Shown here: positions 1 to 10,432 of the stretch, piece after piece
How the letters are laid out: each line of letters opens with the position of its first letter
Numbering within the stretch: the stretch's first letter is position 1
NCBI GenBank assembly: GCA_004764695.1
Contig: SMSO01000031.1
Location: forward strand, 4,378,436 to 4,442,435
Source: Schizochytrium sp. TIO01
Lineage: Eukaryota; Protista; Bigyra: Labyrinthulomycetes
Direction: 5' to 3'
DNA: 64,000 nucleotides
Notes under the pieces: generated by a model
Seen by the model: the letters and a program-made list of their open reading frames with translations, nothing else
Told to the model about the DNA's origin: nothing
Databases searched by the model: none
Program-made: the position numbers and the translations under genes

Positions 1-635
1 CGTGTTGTTGCTTTGGTTGCTGATCAAGGGGGCGGCAGGTCTGTAATACAAGCTTTGTTTTACTTCGCGCCAGTCGCGAGCTCGAGCGCTTGTTTCAGAC
101 GCGGCCAAGGCTACTCTACAACACAAAGCGTTGGGCTAACTAATTGGTTTTAACCCGCTTACCGTGTGAGCTTGTTCGCAGTGCTCGTGGGCGACGCGCT
201 GGTTCAATAGAAACCCTCTCTGAAGCTTGTAAGGAAATCATTCACAGAGAGTAGGTACGCACTATCTATCTGGGAAACCCGTACGCTAAGTATCCTTTCA
301 CCATTTTCTCTTCATCAAATACCCCGAGGCTAGCCGTGGACTCACGGGCGGCTACCACAGAGACCAAGGTTGGAGATTCCCGGAGCATCAACCACTGTCT
401 CTCAGATCAATCCAATTGGCACTCAGAAAAGAAAAAGAAAGGTCATCTGATAGATCCTGAAGCCTGCGGTGAGCCATTCCCCCTTGCTGTCCCAATCAAA
501 GCTCATCACAAGTCGCCTCACCTTGATCAAAATCTGCTAGAGTTTTCAAGTGAGATTAATCTGAAACAAGAAGGCAAACTGATTCAACACGAGAATTTTC
601 AGCATCCTCAGCTGAGCCAGTATTGGTCGGAGAGA

Positions 636-2240
636 ATGAATTCCAGTGCTGAGCCGTTCGGAGTACCCCCTGGGGCTCATGGAGGCCATCATCTCGGTAC
701 CGGAATCAGCGAAGGTTTTGGTCACGCATCGCGAGCAAACCTTGGAGCAGATAATGTTGAGACGCCCTCTCCTATGTCTGTATGGGGTCTGTCCTTGCCG
801 GGGACTGCAGTGAAGTCAGATGATTTTGCCCAAGCTTTGAGCTTCATTCTCCAGTGTAAAGATAATGACTACGCGGAGTCCGAAAACTTCCTTCGAGGTG
901 CTCTACGCCTACTGCGTCAGCGAATGAATCTTGATGATGAAGAGCACAGTACTTCGGATGAAGTCGCAACTAGCAAAGAGTTTGATGCTTTCATCAGCGA
1001 TGACACTGATGACAAGCAAACTACGCTTGTTCTCCTAGTGCCAGGGCAATCCCACATCATTGGTCATCTTATTGGCAAATCTGGATCTGAGATTACAAAA
1101 CTCGAGAGTGCAGCCAACGTGTCAATTCGTGTAGAGAGCAAAAGCAAGATGCCTGTGGGTTCCTCTGAAAGGCGAATTTTCATTGTAGGCTCAGTGGCCA
1201 ACTCTGTGTTCACACAGCAGCGCATAACGCAGCGTATTCATGAGAAACTTCGTGAGGAGGGCGTGAAGCAGGAGCTGATCAAAATCGTGATCCCACATGA
1301 AAGTGTTCCACACTTGATTGGCAAGGGTGGGTCCAGTATCAAGCGCCTACAGGAACTATCACATGCACGTATTCAGGTTGAGCAGGAAACGTCGGTAGTA
1401 CCGGGTACCATCGGTCGATCTGTCACCATTCAGGGGTCCCAGTACGAACGCTCGATGGCACAGTATTTGATTTCGCGCCAGATGACGGAAAATCGTTCAA
1501 CCCCGAAGGAATGGCAAGGTGGCCTTCCGCAGCCTCAAACTCAACATCTGAATGGCCCCTTTCCACTGAATCTTCTTCTTGAAGACCCAGTTCCTGGCGT
1601 TCCTCCTGTACCAGGGCTTGCTCCATCATCAGCTCCCCCAGGTGCTCCTTCGGGGCCTGCAAATGCGAAAGCAAACTTTTTTAACTCGCAAGGTATGACC
1701 CAGAGCAGTGCTGCTGGAGGGCTAGGACCTGGTGGTGAGTCAGATAGCGTCGAAAGTCAGGGGTACGTTGATCCGGACAAAGGTTGGTTTAATGGAAAAC
1801 CTGATGATGCAGGCCCGCAGTGGCAAGCTGGGGATGACCAACAGGGCCAACACTTGCTCCAACCGCCATCGCAGCAACAACCCTCTCCACCATTCATCAA
1901 TGACTCTGGAAATGCGACGATAAATGGGGGCCTTGAAAATGCCAATGGGGGAGACGCATATATCAATACCACCCAACAATACGAGCGTTTGGTGCCAAAC
2001 GGTGCGGTGGCTCACCTTATTGGACGTAATGGTAGCGTGATTTCGGATATTCAAAAGAAGTCTGGAACTCGCATTAGTTTTTCCAAGAACCCCGGCCCGC
2101 GGGCTGCTGAGGTTGGCATGGGCATGGGTCACTACCAAAAGGTCACAATTATTGGAACGCCCTTTGCTATCCAGTTGGCTCAATCCATGATCTCCAAAAA
2201 GATTATTGAGCACGTGGGTGAAGACTTTGAGCGGCTTTGA
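636..2240 (+). CDS. Triple KH-domain RNA-binding protein (PCBP/Nova/hnRNP K-like architecture)
   Basis: Three KH GxxG loops (GHLIGKSGSEI, PHLIGKGGSSI, AHLIGRNGSVI). KH1-KH2 are adjacent, followed by a P/G/Q-rich linker and a C-terminal KH3. The ORF track starts at a GTG (336); the first in-frame ATG is at 636. Confidence 0.92.
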   Translation: MNSSAEPFGVPPGAHGGHHLGTGISEGFGHASRANLGADNVETPSPMSVWGLSLPGTAVKSDDFAQALSFILQCKDNDYAESENFLRGALRLLRQRMNLDDEEHSTSDEVATSKEFDAFISDDTDDKQTTLVLLVPGQSHIIGHLIGKSGSEITKLESAANVSIRVESKSKMPVGSSERRIFIVGSVANSVFTQQRITQRIHEKLREEGVKQELIKIVIPHESVPHLIGKGGSSIKRLQELSHARIQVEQETSVVPGTIGRSVTIQGSQYERSMAQYLISRQMTENRSTPKEWQGGLPQPQTQHLNGPFPLNLLLEDPVPGVPPVPGLAPSSAPPGAPSGPANAKANFFNSQGMTQSSAAGGLGPGGESDSVESQGYVDPDKGWFNGKPDDAGPQWQAGDDQQGQHLLQPPSQQQPSPPFINDSGNATINGGLENANGGDAYINTTQQYERLVPNGAVAHLIGRNGSVISDIQKKSGTRISFSKNPGPRAAEVGMGMGHYQKVTIIGTPFAIQLAQSMISKKIIEHVGEDFERL

Positions 2241-3216
2241 CTTGGACACATTACACCATATACCTGAAACAAGATGATATGTTGCCTGACTTTTCCCAAA
2301 ACATTTATTTACAGTACATGCGCATGATCATGCATAGATACGAGAAGTTGCGTTGTGTCTAGGAAAGCACTTGTGATCACCCTAGTATATATTTGCCCAT
2401 TTTCTCTGTGCAAATTTTTCTCTATAGAAGTAGGTCCCCGCTTAAACGAATGGCCGCCAGTAGACCAACTTTAAGTAGCATAGCTTGCTTTATTCATGTG
2501 TGGTATAGGCGGTGCTCGTTTCTGACAGTGTTAAACGCTCATGTAAGCTACATATATTGCATGAACCCCAAAAATGACTGCTGGAACTTTTACCATGGTG
2601 TGCTAGAGGAATCGTCCAAGTAGAATGCTTACTGCACAGACTGAAGGGATGCCGTTATGCAAAAAGCAGAACAAGGACAAGGACAAATCCAATTTAAATC
2701 AAAAGAAAGTTCAACCAAAACTAGACCAGGGAAATGATGATAAAAAACTGAAGGGACAGGAATAAAAGAAAAAATATTGTTGAAATTTTGATATGAAGGG
2801 TTACTTCAAGATGCTAATGGGCTTCTGAATTTGTTGATATATGGTAGGGTAGTATGTGCTCTGATGCTCTTACTCACCAATACGTTTTTTGGGTTATTCT
2901 TCGGTATCAACCCCCCAGGTGGGTCGAGAGCGGCGGATATTTTAGGAAAGTTCAACTGAGAGAAAATGAATACGCCGTGATACACATGGCTTGTTAGACA
3001 TTGTGAACACCACGACCTTCTTCTTCTTCCTCCATAAGTTCGCCTTTCGGATTAGATCTTGTTTCTTGGATTATATTTTGCGCCATGCATTTAGAAGATT
3101 TGTTTTGTTCGTTGGGTCACACATGGTAAGCGGAGCGGATTTTGGGCACAATAGATAGAGAGGGGCTGACTAAGGCACAGGATACACAATTGCTTGTGAA
3201 GTCGCTTACAATGCCA

Positions 3217-4047
3217 TCACTTGCGAGCCGAGTTTGACTTAGAATGAATTTCGCCGCTTGGTCGTCGAATCTGCAGAAGTAGAGATGGGTTCTTCAACTT
3301 TACAAGTGCATTGACGTCAGATAATCGGGCCTGCATAAGCGCGAGGCGCGACTTCATGGCATTATAACGATATGCAATGTGCTGGCGCACGAGGTCTTCG
3401 CTGGATCGTGCGAAATCACATGTGAGTAGTTCCACGAATTTATACTCCATGTTTTTAATGAAATCCAGCCTCGAGGGTCCGTCCTCTTGTAGTACGAAGA
3501 TTGCCAGGTGGGTATTGGGTTCCTTAATGCAGCTGTTCAGCATCCTCGTAAGGACCTTGGTATAATCTTCAAACTCTACCATTAGCTTTTGCTGCTCCTG
3601 CATCATGCGGAACCCACTTTCGTCCACTGTGTGCGTGTAGTGAAAGAACAAGTCTGTCTCGCTGCTAAGCTCGATTCGCAAGGCTTCAGGCTCCGCATCG
3701 CTTCCCAGAACCAGCACCTTTACCTTGATAGCTTCCAGTGTACCCACATCTTGAGGCCCATCACGGCTTTCCTGGTATCTCAGTTCTAGCGGAACTTCAC
3801 GATCGAAAATGCATCTCCACCCATGCTGTACGCTTGGATCCATGGCCTCGATAGCGGAGAAGTCAAACTGTGTTAGACCCACGCTTGAAGCTGCCATAAT
3901 ATTGTTGGGATCATTTTTTCCAGAATTATTGTAATGACGAGGACTTCCACCTAGAGATCGCGACGATGTTGACAGCCCGCTGCTTCCTGTGCGACGTCTG
4001 CTTAGACCTGCGCTAGCGACCGACCTCGGGGAGTAGCTTGAGTCCAT
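3217..4047 (-). CDS. SAS6-like (SAS6L-type) protein: SAS-6 N-terminal head domain plus short coiled coil
   Basis: LRIELSSETDLFFHYTHTVDESGFRMMQEQQKLMVEFEDY...NMEYKFVELL matches the SAS-6 head/PISA pattern. The coiled coil is short and ends VKLKNPSLLLQ, as in SAS6L rather than canonical SAS-6. ATG at 4047 is in strong context (GCACCATGG); the track start at 4200 is TTG. Confidence 0.88.
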   Translation of the reverse strand: MDSSYSPRSVASAGLSRRRTGSSGLSTSSRSLGGSPRHYNNSGKNDPNNIMAASSVGLTQFDFSAIEAMDPSVQHGWRCIFDREVPLELRYQESRDGPQDVGTLEAIKVKVLVLGSDAEPEALRIELSSETDLFFHYTHTVDESGFRMMQEQQKLMVEFEDYTKVLTRMLNSCIKEPNTHLAIFVLQEDGPSRLDFIKNMEYKFVELLTCDFARSSEDLVRQHIAYRYNAMKSRLALMQARLSDVNALVKLKNPSLLLQIRRPSGEIHSKSNSARK

Positions 4048-5430
4048 GGTGCTGGAGAAAGCTTCTGTTGACCAGCAAGTAGATAACAAATCCTCCAAAA
4101 GTTCGTATCCTCTCCGTACTCCAAGTTTCGCACCAGCTACGAACTGTCCAGGAGCTGGCTGCGTCGAGCGGCGCGATTGCTCGTACTGAGCCCTGATCAA
4201 CGCTTTCTGTTTATGTGCCGCGCTGCTGCGAATTGATTAACTTTCTTTTACTTGAGTAATTTCTTGTTTCAATTTTAAAGAAGACAGTAGTAGTAGGCTT
4301 TTTATTAGTACCTAATAGTAATTTGTAAGAGGAGGACAAAAGGAGAAAAGCACTGAAGACCCAAAAGACGGTTACGAATTCTCAATGCTTTTTCCTTTAA
4401 TTAGTGCGGGTCCTGTACAAAGTCGTCTTTCTTTTCTTCGCGCGGAGAACTTAAATTATCAAGGATGCAATAGCTTAGAAATGCCTAGTTGAGAGAGAAG
4501 GTGGCAGACAGAGTGAGATATTTCAGAGTTGATATTGAAAGACACGAAGCGCTAACAGCGAAAGAATATATTGGAAACTTGGGGATTTAAAGCAAGCAAG
4601 TTCGTCGAGATGATGCACTAATGGAATTACAAACAGTGAAAGGGATCATGAATTGTCCAATTATGTCGAAGAGTTCACTTCATCAGCGTCGAGAAACTAA
4701 TACTACTACGTACCTAGGTAATAGCTTTTAGTACAAAAAATAGGTCAAGCATCACAAAAAGGTAGATATAACAGAAAGAGAAGAGAAAGAAGGAGAGAGA
4801 GCATGCACGCAAGGAATCATTGGCCTCTTACTTGCTTGAAATAATGATGGACGAAATACGCCAGCGATGCACTAGACCTTTTGTACAGTGGTTGCTTCCT
4901 TCACCAAAAGGTCATCAATATACTTTTTAGAAGCAACTGCGAAGAAAAGCTAGCCAGCAGCACCTTAAATGGACTACTCACCCCCACAGAGTGTCCATGT
5001 AGATGAACTTCACGAAGGACCTATAAGATTTTTGATTTTTATTATATTTTACTGCTATCAAGTAGCTTAGCTGTAATAACCAAGGATAACAATTCATGCA
5101 CTTTCATGAATAGATAATGAATCTGCTTAGCTATTAGAAGACTGTAAATAGAGGAAATAGCGAACGATCTTTTCTTTTCTGCTTTGAGCACAATCTAGGG
5201 AAATATGCATATTGTCCAAATGATTGTATGGAGCAATATAATCTTTATTGAAGAGCGATGCCAAAAGAGAAATAGCTTAACGAGAAAGAATATGAAAAAA
5301 ATTAAGCGCTCGCATGAAAAAAGGTAGAATGAGACGAGCTAGAATCAGCTGATCAAACGCAAGATTTCACGAAAAGGTGAGGGCAATGGAAAAACAACAA
5401 ACATATGATTTGTGACAATACGGGGTTTAG

Positions 5431-6945
5431 TTACACAAGACGTTTAAGTTCAAGAAGAATTGTGTCCATAGAAGGACGATGTTTGGATTTGTGGTTTAAG
5501 CACTCATGCATAAGTCGCTCGAGTGGCCTGAATTCCTTTGGGGCAAAATATCCCTGAGGAGGAAACTGCTCGCTGAGTACAAGTTCCTCAACCTGACTCA
5601 GCGTGTAATGCTTATAAAAAGGCTGCTCACGGGCAAGCATCTCATACATAATGGCTCCGTACGACCAAACATCAATAGACTCATCGTACATATCGCCACG
5701 AAAACACTCTGGACTGCGATATTGCGGAGAGGTAACACAGGTTGATGTGCGTTCAAAGGGGCCCGATTCTCCGGGTGCGCGCATGCGCTTAGCCACCTCA
5801 AAATTGGTGAGCTTGGCGGTATAACTAAATCCATTCATGTGCAAATCAGGGTCAAGCGAGGAGTATGCGCCTGGCTGATCAGTACCTGACTGGGCTCGCC
5901 AAACTGGAGTAGGTTGCTTCCCATTGCCAGAAGTGGAGTTTTTCTCACTAGAGTTACCGAAGATGTTACTAAGAGAGCGACTGAGTCGAAAGTGCTTACG
6001 CATGGCTGCCGCCCAGTTACCACTGGTAGGGAAATCTGCATAGACCATCATTACATTTTCAGAGGTAAGATCACGGTGTACGATACCTTGTTCATGGAGA
6101 AATACGAGGGCTTCGGCTATATCCATGGAATACTTACGTACTTCAATATAGGATAGCCTTTCATGACCCGTAGCGCGATGGAACACGAGGTCAGAGAGCG
6201 AATCGACAGCAAATTCAAAAGCAATACGGCGCTCAAGGACATCGTCGAGTCCACGATATTCTTCGTACCCGAAGAATTGTATGATGTTAGGATGCTCGAG
6301 CTTTTGCAGGATATTAAGCTCGTTGTTGAAGATTTGATTATGGTCAGGGAGGCATGTAGGAGCTTGCAAACGAAGTTGCTGAACATATACAATGCCATGC
6401 TTTTCGGAAACTGCACGAAATGAGTGTTTACCTGAGACTGGACTGCGACTAAGGTCATCGAGCAAGTTCAACTCGCCCGTGAGCCTTTTAAGTTTGGCAG
6501 GGACGATGATATCTCCAAAGTCTCCTTGCGCTGTCCAATTATTGGAGATTGCGTGGCCACTTGAAGACGTTTGCAAGATTGGGAATTCATCGGAGTCTAT
6601 CTCATCATTAAGGCTCAGTGATTCGCTTGATGGACTTGCTTCCTTCTGTGTCCCACGTCTTTCGCGGGATGACATTTTCACAAGCTTAGATGTAGCATGT
6701 GATATCTGAGAAACTATTGTTTTCCTGGCGGGGGGGACACCTTGGGGCTGACCTTGCGTCTTTGATTGAACAGAGGCCGAGTCCTCCGCAGCCTGTGCTT
6801 CAAGAAACATATCAAGATGTCTACAGTGTCCAGCTTCTCTAAACTCGGCACACGAGCAGGAGGGGCCTGCCCATCGTTTGCGCTGCTTACATTGTTGAAG
6901 AGCGTTGAAAAGTCCTTGGCCAAGACTTGGCTTGTGGAGCGACAT
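5431..6945 (-). CDS. Protein kinase-fold protein (TKL-like, probable pseudokinase) with N-terminal SWIM-type zinc finger
   Basis: Kinase motifs ELNILQKLEHPNII, HRDLTSEN, YRSPE, DVWSYG and HRPS are present. The VAIK position reads VYVQ and DFG reads NFE. N-terminal CSCAEFREAGHCRH fits CxC-xn-CxH. Confidence 0.88.
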   Translation of the reverse strand: MSLHKPSLGQGLFNALQQCKQRKRWAGPSCSCAEFREAGHCRHLDMFLEAQAAEDSASVQSKTQGQPQGVPPARKTIVSQISHATSKLVKMSSRERRGTQKEASPSSESLSLNDEIDSDEFPILQTSSSGHAISNNWTAQGDFGDIIVPAKLKRLTGELNLLDDLSRSPVSGKHSFRAVSEKHGIVYVQQLRLQAPTCLPDHNQIFNNELNILQKLEHPNIIQFFGYEEYRGLDDVLERRIAFEFAVDSLSDLVFHRATGHERLSYIEVRKYSMDIAEALVFLHEQGIVHRDLTSENVMMVYADFPTSGNWAAAMRKHFRLSRSLSNIFGNSSEKNSTSGNGKQPTPVWRAQSGTDQPGAYSSLDPDLHMNGFSYTAKLTNFEVAKRMRAPGESGPFERTSTCVTSPQYRSPECFRGDMYDESIDVWSYGAIMYEMLAREQPFYKHYTLSQVEELVLSEQFPPQGYFAPKEFRPLERLMHECLNHKSKHRPSMDTILLELKRLV

Positions 6946-9900
6946 GATGAACGTATTAAAGCTCGATCAAACCTGTTGCAAGGCTATGTTCGTTCCTGAG
7001 TACTTTAAAAGATCACTTCTCGCACGTTTCAGAAAATACTAGCTTCGAAGTTGAAGGTCGCCAAACCAAGCAGCTGGCGTAATAAATCCGCTTGATGTGA
7101 GTACAATGACTACACCTTTCTCAAAAGTATTGAACCCCAAGTTTTGTTTGTGTTCCACTTTAATCTCTAGGTGATCAGAAGCAAACACAGGGTGGTACGT
7201 AAATGTTCAATGAGTTTGCTTCTTTTGTTTTGTGCGACACGTTGTTATTTTCTTTGAATATGAGACTTGCTTGTTGCAATGCCCTTGCTTGCAGTGAGGG
7301 ATGTTTTCGCAGTGTGCGCTCGTTGATTCTAGTCGGTGTTGTCTCAGGTTTACAATTAGAAGCTCTTAGATACTTGCACCTTTTTCGTCACAAACTTCTC
7401 CGAGAAAAGAAGATGTTGCCCAAGAATCCCAGCGCTTCTAGTTCGTGCACGTGACCGAAACGAAGCCGCACGTGCAAAATCAAGAGTCTTACAATGAGTT
7501 TTCCCAAGCCCAAGCGAACCCAGTTTGCAGTACTCTGTGTGCAGAGAAACTCCTGCACTGGCGAGGGAGCGAGCCAGCGAATAAAGAGCAAACGAACGAG
7601 CGGGCGAGTGAGTGAGTGAGTGAGTTGATCTGCCAAGCTAAGCTATCTGCTGTCAGCTGTTTGCTTGTATTTCACAAAACAACAATCGCACGTGCAAGTG
7701 AATCTACCAGCTTGCACTCAGTATTGATTGATCTTGAAGGCTCTGAGTGCCTGCACCCAGCCGTTCACGGCCTTGTGCAAAGACCGAGCCGCTGGGGTGC
7801 GGTGCTGCCGTCAAGGGGCTCAATAATGCCAGTCTGCAGCGACGTGGCATGCATGTATGTATGTATGAAGGCAGAAGTTAGTACCACGGGAAGGAAGGAA
7901 AGGAAGCCAGGCCTGCCTACCTACTTGCTAGCTAGGCATCTAAGCAGTCACCTTTGCTCGAGCGAGCTTTGTCAGAGGAGTGAGTGAAAGAGTGAGTGTG
8001 GCCACAGTGTGTGTGTCTCTTCTCTCTCTCGCCCACGCACCTTAGAAGGTCCCTACGCATCCTACCCACTCCCTCACGGACTACCCAGGAGGCTAAGACG
8101 CCGCTAAGCAGAAACTAACCAAATCGCCTGTAATCATCTGCACGCGCGGAGTGAATGAATCAAAGAGCGAATTCATCGATGTAGTAGCAATGTTTCAACG
8201 AGTCAATCCTTGGGCATGCAATCCTGAGTAATACCATCGTCATCGTCAGCAGCATCGGCATCACCGTCTCCGTCATCGCGTGGTCCCTATGTCAGCCAAG
8301 TTCGCAAAGCGAGCGAGTGTTCTTCCTCTCCACCTGTTCGCCTTGACGCTTGATTCTGCGTCAGTCTGTCTGTCAAGCGGCGCTTTCGTATGAGTCAATG
8401 AATGACAAATGAATCAATCAATCAATTGACTGAAGATTGCTGTGCTGATCCTTCAGGTCGATCGGTTGTCCTGCAGAAGAGTCCATGCTGGACAACGCCT
8501 TGCATGCCCACCTCTGTGAAGCTTCGCTCGCGGTCAGTCACCACATCATCGCTTCATCGCTGACAATGAATGATGATGTGAGTGAGTCACGTGTGCTCTC
8601 TCTCCAAATGAGGTGAGTGAATGACGATCATGGAAACTAACTCAGACCTAACTCAGAACTGCTGAGCGGAGATAGGCTCCAGCGAGAGAGCGAAGAGTGC
8701 TGTCATGTGCATTTATTTACATGGGATGCGGGAGAAGAGGCAATCAATCAATACATCAATCAATTAATGTCAATTCAATAGTAGTATTAACGATTGATTG
8801 ATTTCTCTCTCAATCAACAATCAATTCAATCAATTAATTAATTAATTAATTAATTAATATTACCGCCTCACTCACTCCCAATCACCAATCACAGTACAGA
8901 AGCCTCCGGAGGACTCGAGGCCGCTTGCTGGAAAGACAAAACATCAGGAAGGACAGACCTTCGGGGCTGGGAGGCGAGGGGGCGAGCGAGATTGCCTCCT
9001 CGAGACGCGTGACGGCACCACGGTGGCAGAAAGCGAGCAAGCTCAAGAACACGCGACCGGCATGTGCTCCTGAAGTGAGCGAGCCCAGCGGGAAATGCAG
9101 CTGCATGGACAACTCCACATGTACCCCTCTCACACACCATCGCTACATATCGTTGAGCTGACAGGGCGGAGCTCGTTATCGGGGCAGGAAACGAGTGAGA
9201 GCGGCGCATGGCATTTACACACCTCGTTTTGAAACGGCTGAATAAGTCGCTACAAATTCAGTCGTTACGTATTTGAAACGGAGGGTTTCATAACCGATTG
9301 GAACCAGCTCTGCCTTTGAGTTGCTCATACAGCAAATGATAGCGCGGCCATTGAGTCCATAATAAGGTTGCACTGAAAAGACGGATAGCTTCAAGAGCGA
9401 CAGAGTAGTGGAACGCAGAACTCTCGTAGAGAACATGATGATTAGATTGGCATGACCAATTTAGGAAAAGGCTTGCGGGCATTCTGTTTATATATGTATC
9501 TATAGCTCATTGGATTGAGGTCGCAACGCTTGACTCATGTGCCTCAAGGAAAACTAGAACAAAGGCTAAAGCTGCTACATGTTCTTGGGTCTGGTTCTCG
9601 GCACTTTGCTCACTACTGGCGCCAAGGATCACCCGCGAGGAACCACCGTTGCAGGCCTGTCGAGAATGCCTCAGAATTCCTATTGGACGAGGAGCTTCGT
9701 AGATGTAAGCAACTCAATCCAATGAGTAGGTAGGTAGGTAGGGAGGTAGGTGCCTGCTATAGAATGGCACGCTGTAATTCACTGAGCGTTTGCTAAATCT
9801 TGAAGAATGCGGAATTGAAGGTTCCAAACATCTACGAGGCGCGTGCTGAGCGAGCAGAAGACGAACAGCTGCCGAGTCCAAAGTCTGCGGTTAGTTTTCG

Positions 9901-9964
9901 CAGCACGTTTGCGTTTATGCTTTTCGAACCAGGGCAAGCGTTTCAACAAGGAGCTCCAGATCAC

Positions 9965-10142
9965 TTAAACATGTTGGCAACATGTTTCATGTCCTTGGAT
10001 CGATCTTCTTCAGTATCCAGCTCAGGAGATTCTGGGAAACAACGCATGACCCCTTAAACATGTTGGCAACATATTTCATGTCCTTGAATTGATCTTCTTC
10101 AGTATCCAGCTCAGGAGATTCTGGGAAACAACGCATGACCCC
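9965..10142. repeat. Direct tandem duplication, 2 x 89 bp
   Basis: TTAAACATGTTGGCAACAT...GGGAAACAACGCATGACCCC starts at 9965 and again at 10054, with about 3 mismatches. Confidence 0.95.
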
Positions 10143-10282
10143 CTTCATCGTAAGAACTAGTTTAGTTGGGCTAGCTGGAGTAACCTAATTTGTAGTTGAG
10201 TCACTGCTCGGCATGAGTCACTCGCCAGAGACCAGCATAGGAGAGGAAGCGGTACATTCTGTCGACAACAGAGTAGAAGTAG

Positions 10283-10432
10283 AAAATAGAACCACCTGAT
10301 TAAATTTGATTTCTAACGTAAGTTATAAAGTATAAAATAGAACCACCTGATTAAATTTGATTTCTAAAGTAAGTTATAAAGTATATAATAGAACCACCTG
10401 ATTAAGTTTGATTTCTAAAGTAAGTTATAAAG
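10283..10432. repeat. AT-rich minisatellite, about 3 x 51 bp
   Basis: AATAGAACCACCTGATTAA(A/G)TTTGATTTCTAA(C/A)GTAAGTTATAAAG occurs three times head-to-tail. Confidence 0.95.

Noticed and set aside
4048-4200. N-terminal extension of SAS6L from the TTG at 4200
   Set aside because: Non-ATG start in a eukaryote; the ATG at 4047 has strong Kozak-like context.
10283-10432. CRISPR-like array
   Set aside because: Units are contiguous with no unique spacers, there are no cas genes, and the context is eukaryotic. It is a minisatellite.
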